Shown one piece after another: positions 57,156-64,000 of a stretch of DNA of 64,000 nucleotides. A program made the position numbers and the translations under genes. Source of the stretch: Octopus vulgaris (lineage: Eukaryota); assembly GCA_951406725.2 (NCBI GenBank), contig OX597816.1, forward strand, positions 18,352,001 through 18,416,000. Direction: 5' to 3'. Positions within the stretch are counted from its first letter, which is position 1; the number at the start of each line of letters is the position of its first letter. The notes beneath the pieces are model-generated. The model saw only the letters and a program-made list of their open reading frames with translations. It was not told the origin of the DNA and ran no database searches.

Positions 57156-58819
57156 GGTATCGATAATAAACGAGATCCTTGCATCCAAAAATATGCTAAA
57201 ACGTCGTATCGTAAATTAACAAATATCCATGATAACCACATTAATATGTAAAACTTAGATAAACTTAGATATGTTTCGACCAATGATTGGTCCAGGCCAT
57301 GTCTAACTTAATAGCACCAACATATTAATGCTAATATCTATGTCATATAAGCCAAATAATCTTAGTGGTGTATTGATGTCTTACGACTTAGTTAATAACA
57401 TTGCTATATGAAACAATGCCAGTCAGTACTGATGCAAGCACAAACAATATAGAAGTATGATAGGAATATTCCCTCATAGAAATGCAATAGGGGTTCTCTA
57501 GTATATATTGAGGATGGGAATAATACAAAATACGTAGTAATGTGATGGGAACGTCAAGCATCGTAATGTGTCAAGAACAAAGTAATATAGAAATGTGAAA
57601 AGCGCAACCCGTCCTTACAATTGAAAATATTACAACAAAATTAACCAACGATAATTGAGAAAAAAAAACATATCTGAAGAGAGAACCTGAACGTACAAGA
57701 AAATCGAATATTGCTAAGAGAGAATTCAGCACTGAATTTATCAAGAACGTTACAAGTTGCGCACATACCGGCATTTTTTAGATAAATTTTTGCATACTTA
57801 TTATTTCAAAGATTAAGTTTGCCTTCAAGAGAGGCATGATTTTGGGATAATTTACTTACTACATCTAGATGTAAGATTAATGCTTCGGCAGTTATCGTAT
57901 TAGGCAATTTATGTGATAACTAGCTGTTGAATATATTAGAGGTACCTTTATCATTCTTTAGCGACGCATATTGAAATATTTATACACACTAAATACATGG
58001 GTAAATTTAATGCTCAAGTGAAAGAGGGATCATCAAATAAACAATCTATGCATTAGAATTAGGATTTCACAGGTGTTGATCATCAACTACCATATAGATT
58101 AACGATATATTTTCTGTTGCTGTTACAAACTTCATATAATCTGTTGATTACATGCCGATAAGAAAATCGATATATATTCTTACATGTTTGTTATGCTTTA
58201 AAGATGTTTAAAAGAAAATCTATTGAATTTATGATTTCGTGTTCTCTTAAAGCTTCGAAGCTTTTGGCACACTCATGGAAATTAATGGATATAGTCTATA
58301 GGAACGTGGTGGCATAGACCTTATGCAGTAAAGTGAATATACATGCGTAAGGATTCGGTTGAATAACCCATGATGACAACAACAAATATAAAAAAAAGAG
58401 AGAAATCCTATCTGCCCTCCCTACAAAAATCTGTAATATTCCAAAACGTAAGTTCAACGTTCGTAAGGTTGCAAAATGCCTTCATCATCTAAATAACATA
58501 TCGTTAGATATAAATCGGTTTTAAACCTGCGGCCTAACCAGATGTGGATATCATAGAAGCAAGATATTTGTTTTGGAATTATATTGCAAGTGACATAACA
58601 TACGAATTAATAAGTCAACCAGAAACATAAATGGAAGAAAGAAAATATATGATGAAAAATGTTAACCGCCCATATTGTATTTCAGATATTTATTTAGTCT
58701 CGTTATCATTGTGTGATTTTTCCAGGGGATAGGTAGATCTGCTTGGCACTTTAAATGAAATTCCATCAGGGTATTAAATCTTTTGCACCTAATTATCTTA
58801 ATATTCAAGGATTTTATCT

Positions 58820-59014
58820 TTAATCTTTTATTTGTTTCAATTATTTTGGCAACTGCCATACTGGGACACGGCTTTGAAGGGATTTAGTCGAACACATCAA
58901 CCCCAGAACCTAATTTTTGAAGCATGGTACTTATTCTATCGGTCCCTATTGTCGAAACATTAAGTTTCAGGGACGTTAACACTATCAAGGGATGGGGTAC
59001 AGACACACACACAT

Positions 59015-59047
<33 letters not shown>

Positions 59048-59207
59048 CAAGAGGCTTCTTTTAGTTTCCATTTATTAAATCCATTCACAAGGCTTTGTAT
59101 TAATCGAAGCTATAGTAAAAAGATCGTTGCTCACGATTGCACACAGCAGAGCTGAACCCTAGACCAAGTAGTTGAAAGCATATTTCTCATTACACAGCCA
59201 CGCCTGT
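58820..59207 (-). mobile_element. Old SINE family B
   Basis: GTACTTATTCTATCGGTC..(CA)n(TA)n..GGCTTCTTTTAGTTTCC..ACACAGCCAC. Confidence 0.8.
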
Positions 59208-59701
59208 GTAGACATAATTTTAATTTAAATGTCCCAAATCGATGGGTGCCAACAATTTCAACGCATCAACCGTATTTTCGACTTGGCTGCAAATTACATA
59301 CAAAAAGGAAGCAACTCTGCCTGGCGATATTTTGAAAATTCGCTGCGACAAACCACACTTATTTGGATATAAGCCTTTATATACAGCAATGCCACGATAT
59401 AAGAGTTAATTTGATCCCGGCGACCGTTAGTAAAGCGAAGAAAGCTCGTAAAAAAGCAATAATTTCCCATTGTAGCATTTTAAATCGTAATTTACATAGT
59501 AGTAATTATATAATAGCAGTATACTGAGTAGCAATTATAAATCGTAATTGGTTCCAAGAAAAATACTTCACGAATAAAATTTGTAATACTCGAAAATAAG
59601 TGGCAATAAAAGAACAAAGTAGAAAGAATGTCAAGATAATTTAAAATGAAAAATGTTATAATAATCACTTTTTGAATCGCTTTCACTCGCACTAGACTCA
59701 C

Positions 59702-59710
59702 CCACACCAT
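59702..59710 (-). CDS. Candidate first coding micro-segment (ATG GTG TGG) before a consensus splice donor
   Basis: Reverse complement GTAATGGTGTGG|GTGAGT in a locally CpG-richer region. Confidence 0.15.
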
Positions 59711-60506
59711 TACTTGTTAACGCGATCGCCGATTCACAAGCACTCGCATTCAGAATTGCAGATTTCTTTTTGAAAAAAAAAAAAAGAGTAGATTTGTTTG
59801 CTTAGAAGAATCTTTTCGCTCTCTATAAATTTCTCGGTAATACGCAGATGCATTTGTTATGACACGGGAAACTTGCATTTCCTTCAAAATTTGGGTCTTG
59901 TACTTAAACAATTTCAGCTCGTAAAGTGAGTTATCTCTGTATGTGTATTCCATAGGGATGTGTACGAGGAATTTGATAGCCGGTCCTCCTCTGCTGAAGG
60001 AGTTCCCCGTATTATGGTTCGCATTGGTACACATGATTTAAAAGAAATAGATTTCTTTCAGGTACATTTTACTTAGCCAAAAAGGCGAACAATGCATCAC
60101 TGGAAACCGTCACAGCAGCAACCATAGCTATATTTTCCAAGCCCTGTTGTTGTTAGTAGCGTTAGGTCTACTGCAATTGTTATTCGCTGTATCGTTATTT
60201 CGTGTTAGCTTTCCACTTCTAATAAATAGTCAATAATATAGTACATTTGTTTATTTATAATCAAGAGTAACATTAACGAAAGCGACTGGACTTTCTTTTT
60301 TCTGTAAATGGTTATAATCCAAGATAAATTTGTCAGCAGCCACGATTAGGATTTTACAGCCCTTTGGGGACTCTAATATGCCGTTGTAAATCAAATTCAA
60401 ATTCCTCACATATCGTTAGAACTGTGTAAATATAATGGCGAAACAAATATAGACATATGTGTGAAATTCTGTAGACGTGGTTATTGAGATCCACTAATTA
60501 TGGAAC

Positions 60507-60770
60507 GTGTGGAGGCGCGTGACTTAGTGGTTAGAGTGTCAGCATCATGATCGTAAAATTGTGGTTTCGATTCATGGACCAGGCGACGCGTTGTGTTCTT
60601 GAGCAAAACAGTTCATTTCACGTTGCTCCAGTCCACTCAGCTGGCAAAAATGTGTAACGCTGCGATGGACTGGCGTCTCGTCCAGCTGGAGAACGCATAC
60701 GCCTTTGAAACCGGGAAACCGGACCCATGAGCCTGGCTAGGCTTTAAAAGGGTGCATTTATATTACTATT
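60507..60770 (+). mobile_element. Family C SINE (V-domain-like) with 12-bp TSD
   Basis: TAATTATGGAAC at 60495-60506 and 60771-60782. Body CTGCGATGGACTGGCGTCTCGTCCAG..GAAACCGGGAAACC. Confidence 0.92.
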
Positions 60771-60847
60771 TAATTATGGAACAACACAGTAGGTGCACAA
60801 GTAAAACTGAACACCTACATGTTTTATTGAATGATTGTTAGTCTTAA

Positions 60848-61060
60848 TTATTTGTATAGCTTTATATGCCTTTCTGCATCGACGCGTACACGTCCACTAT
60901 ACATCAACTGGTTCTTCCTGAAGCTATCATTGAGAGTGTGTATTGAGATCCCAGCCCAATTATTTTTCAAATAAACTGAAATAAACTTTATCCTAGCCCT
61001 TTCCGTGATATCTTTTTCATCAACTCCGTTGTCTTTCACTAATATTGCTTACGTGGAGAC
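60848..61060 (-). pseudogene. Possible ancient RTE-clade LINE ORF2 fragment
   Basis: KDNGVDEKDITERAR..LKNNWAGISIHT..LMYSG loosely resembles the post-RT segment (DGGxxxDIxxRI..LxxIW..ISxxTK..LLYG). Confidence 0.3.
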
Positions 61061-61189
61061 GCTCCTCATGATGCACTAATTTCGCCTTTCATTTATTTAT
61101 TTATATATTTATTTTATTAGTTCAATCATCGATGTAAATTTGTTGACCAGTAACGGACTGTTGGTAATTTATAACAAACATTATATATA

Positions 61190-61227
<38 letters not shown>

Positions 61228-61303
61228 AAAATATTAGGGAATAAATCCAAACTTACAGGGAAAAATCAGATTAAGGATTGAATCCAATTTTATAGTAAAA
61301 TAT

Positions 61304-61508
61304 TATATTATATTAAATTAGAGATAAAACCACCATTAGGCAAATCATACAATGAAAAACTTAAGCCAATACATAAGATTAATTAATTTATATTATTTAA
61401 ATATATATATTTGATATATATTTAAATAATATAAATTAAATAATCATATGTATTGGCTTAAGTTGTTCATTGTATGATTTGCCTAATAGTGGTTTTATCT
61501 CTAATTTA

Positions 61509-61518
<10 letters not shown>
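61304..61518. repeat. ~105-bp-arm AT-rich fold-back hairpin between (TA)n runs
   Basis: AAATTAGAGATAAAACCACCATTAGGCAAATCATACAATG... pairs with ...CATTGTATGATTTGCCTAATAGTGGTTTTATCTCTAATTT. Confidence 0.95.
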
Positions 61519-61566
<48 letters not shown>

Positions 61567-61732
61567 TATACATATATATATAATAACCCTTATGGTGAAT
61601 ACTAAAAAAAAGTAAAAATGACAACCACTAGAAAGAAGAAAAACGGGAGAAAGGAAGAGGGAAATGATAGGAAGAGGGAAATGTCTCTATTACTAAGTGA
61701 CTTTCAAGACTCTATGAATTGGAAATTACAAC

Positions 61733-61935
61733 GTGTGGCCTAGAGATAAAGTGCTGAGTTCAAGTTCGGGGTTTTGATTCCCGGACCTTACAGTGAGTTT
61801 TATTCTTGAGGAAAAACACATACTTTTTCTTTGTTCCAGTTTACTGAAAAAATGCGTAACCCTGCGACGGACTGACGTCCTGTTAAGGGGAGACTTTGTG
61901 ATGTAGTATTGATCACTTATGAACCTTGGAAACCA
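61733..61935 (+). mobile_element. Degenerate family C SINE
   Basis: GTGTGGCCTAG..TTGATTCCC..TTCTTGAG..AACCCTGCGACGGACTGACGTCC. Confidence 0.65.
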
Positions 61936-62779
61936 GATTACTGGCCTTGTCAGAACTAGGACTGGAGATTGTTATATCCCTTGTTGATGGTGGTGGTAGT
62001 GATGGTGATTATGATGATGGGAAGTGGAATAAATCACTATTATTTGTAGCTGCTTAAAAATATATTTCATCTCCAACTGTGGCAGGCTTTTAAGAATCAT
62101 TTTTAAAAAATGTCCTCGCTGTCTCAATCTAGAAAATTTTACATTTGAACAAATAGTGCCATAAGGTCTGTGAATTGTTCCCATAAGATCATAAAGGTGA
62201 TTCCATATGACCTGTTCATGAAAGAATATAGTTTGAAGGAATATGGCCTGTTATATATGGAATGTTGTTTTTGCTAGTGATGTTGTTATTGATTTTTTTT
62301 TTCGTTTTTTTCCTCATTCTTTAACTTACACAAATATTTACATTTCTTTACATTATACAAATATTTGTATTGAAGCTTAAAGCACTGTCTGTATGTTTGA
62401 TATTTTCTTTGTCTGTATTTTTCTTTAGATTTCATTTTGTCTTTTGAAGATAATTTGAGAGTTTGTTTATTTAGATTATTGAATCTACAGCAGCCGCTAC
62501 TCTACCTCTTCCTGCTTTTTTTCCTGAGACAGCTATTTTGCGACAATTATAAATATTGCAAATGGCTATTTGCCAACAAAATATGCAACCAGTTAAACTT
62601 GCCTCACGCCAAAAGATTCCTCTCCAACATGTAATGGTGTAGGAACTCAGACAATATAAATGTTTCAGTTTAGAAAAGTTGACAAAAACAAACTTTTATC
62701 CGTAAGGTAACTCGGTTTAGTATGACCTCTCTCGAATTTTGACAAAGACCTGCCTGCGATTTAACAAGCCATTTCATTA

Positions 62780-62815
62780 ATAATAACAATACTACTACTA
62801 CTGCTTCAGCTGCTG

Positions 62816-62907
<92 letters not shown>

Positions 62908-62908
62908 G

Positions 62909-62963
<55 letters not shown>

Positions 62964-63016
62964 TAATGATAATTAGAAGAAGAAGAAAAAGAAAAAGAAG
63001 AAAAAGAAGAAGAAGA
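62780..63016. repeat. (CTA)n/(TAA)n/(GAA)n microsatellite
   Basis: Directly visible. Confidence 0.96.
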
Positions 63017-63069
63017 ATACAGACTACTAAAATACGAAATTGTTAGAGTATAGTCTATTAAAAGACATA

Positions 63070-63420
63070 ATTGCAAGAGTAGAGACGATTAAAAGATGAA
63101 ATTGCAAGAATGTGGACTATGAAGAGAGTGTCTGCCATTCCAGAAGTTGCAGGGGCACTCGGAGCACTAACACCCAAGTGCGAGAAATATGTCAGGAAAT
63201 CGGAATTGAGATGACCTGTGGACAGCTAAGATTTTGAGATTGGTACTTATTTGTTGAATGTCTCCCACGATAATTAACAACCAGGTACCAAAGCTTATAA
63301 TGTGCGGAAAGAGACTGTGTGAGACCTCCGACTGCAGGTTGCTGTCCGCTCTCACAGAATCTACCAGAGCAAGCAAAATCGAGCGCTCTGAAAATTAAAT
63401 CAACAATAGTAATAATAATG
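63070..63420 (+). mobile_element. R4/Dong-like non-LTR retrotransposon 3' remnant (REL endonuclease C-terminus plus 3' UTR)
   Basis: From 63083: RRLKDEIARMWTMKRVSAIPEVAGALGALTPKCEKYV, then after a shift TAKILRLVL. This matches the KYxxL..EI.R.W..V.P.V.GALG..GT..ILR motif. It ends in TAATAATAA. Confidence 0.8.
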
Positions 63421-64000
63421 GTATCCAACCAGTGTTGTAATATCCATGTCAGCTAATAGCAATTTTTAATTATTCATTTATATTTTTGGTTGAGCTCCGT
63501 AAATCTCTCCCAGAGGAAAAAGATCGCAAGAAGATATGTTCTTTCAAACATTTCGAAATATTCATACCTATCATGTCCACGAATCGTTTTTTTTTTTTAA
63601 TTAATTTTAATTAATGTCCCGATAGAAACACTTCCCGAAAAAGCTTCGGTCTTTTCTCCTCCGTACGCTTGACACCACCTACGCGCCCCCTATCCTCTAC
63701 CAGCAGTTACCCCTTCATCAAAGAAACAGCAGATTTGAACGAATCAATCATCTTCTAAGTCCATTAGAATAATGTGCCAGTAATCGTATACGACTAGTGA
63801 GCCAAGCTAACCCCCTGCTCTCTTGACACAGCGATGCAAAACCAATTCACACCCTCTACCACCTCAGAAAATGACTACTCCTTATAGATAGAGCAGCAAA
63901 CCTAGCAGGCTGAACATCACTATTCTATTTTGTAAGTTCACAGAAAATACTCGAAACAATAACGACAACGGCTCCCTCAACATCGCTGTCATTACAATGT

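Noticed and set aside
63610-64000. C-rich stretch resembling a decayed retroelement ORF
   Set aside because: No identifiable motif, and it is truncated by the window edge.

Overview
This is an AT-rich, microsatellite-dense eukaryotic window that is essentially non-coding. The 5S sequence and the repeat landscape suggest a coleoid cephalopod, probably Octopus (inference). No intact protein-coding gene is recognisable, and most supplied ORFs are translations of simple repeats. The window holds: two dispersed 5S rRNA copies, each followed by a SINE; about 30 tRNA-derived SINE copies in several modular families (my labels A-E), many with target-site duplications (TSDs); two solo LTRs with 5-bp TSDs; R4/Dong-type LINE 3' ends sitting in (TAA)n; a Penelope-like GIY-YIG endonuclease remnant; and Helitron-, hAT- and pogo-type non-autonomous elements. 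The most striking signal is about 14 minimal type-I hammerhead-ribozyme-like motifs with palindromic, dimer-type stem III. They sit in several short non-coding repeat families, including a tRNA-headed SINE, alongside several long fold-back hairpins and chimeric SINE units. A weak two-exon candidate for the 5' end of a minus-strand gene lies at 59.7 kb and 53.9 kb. All calls were made by eye, without database searches.
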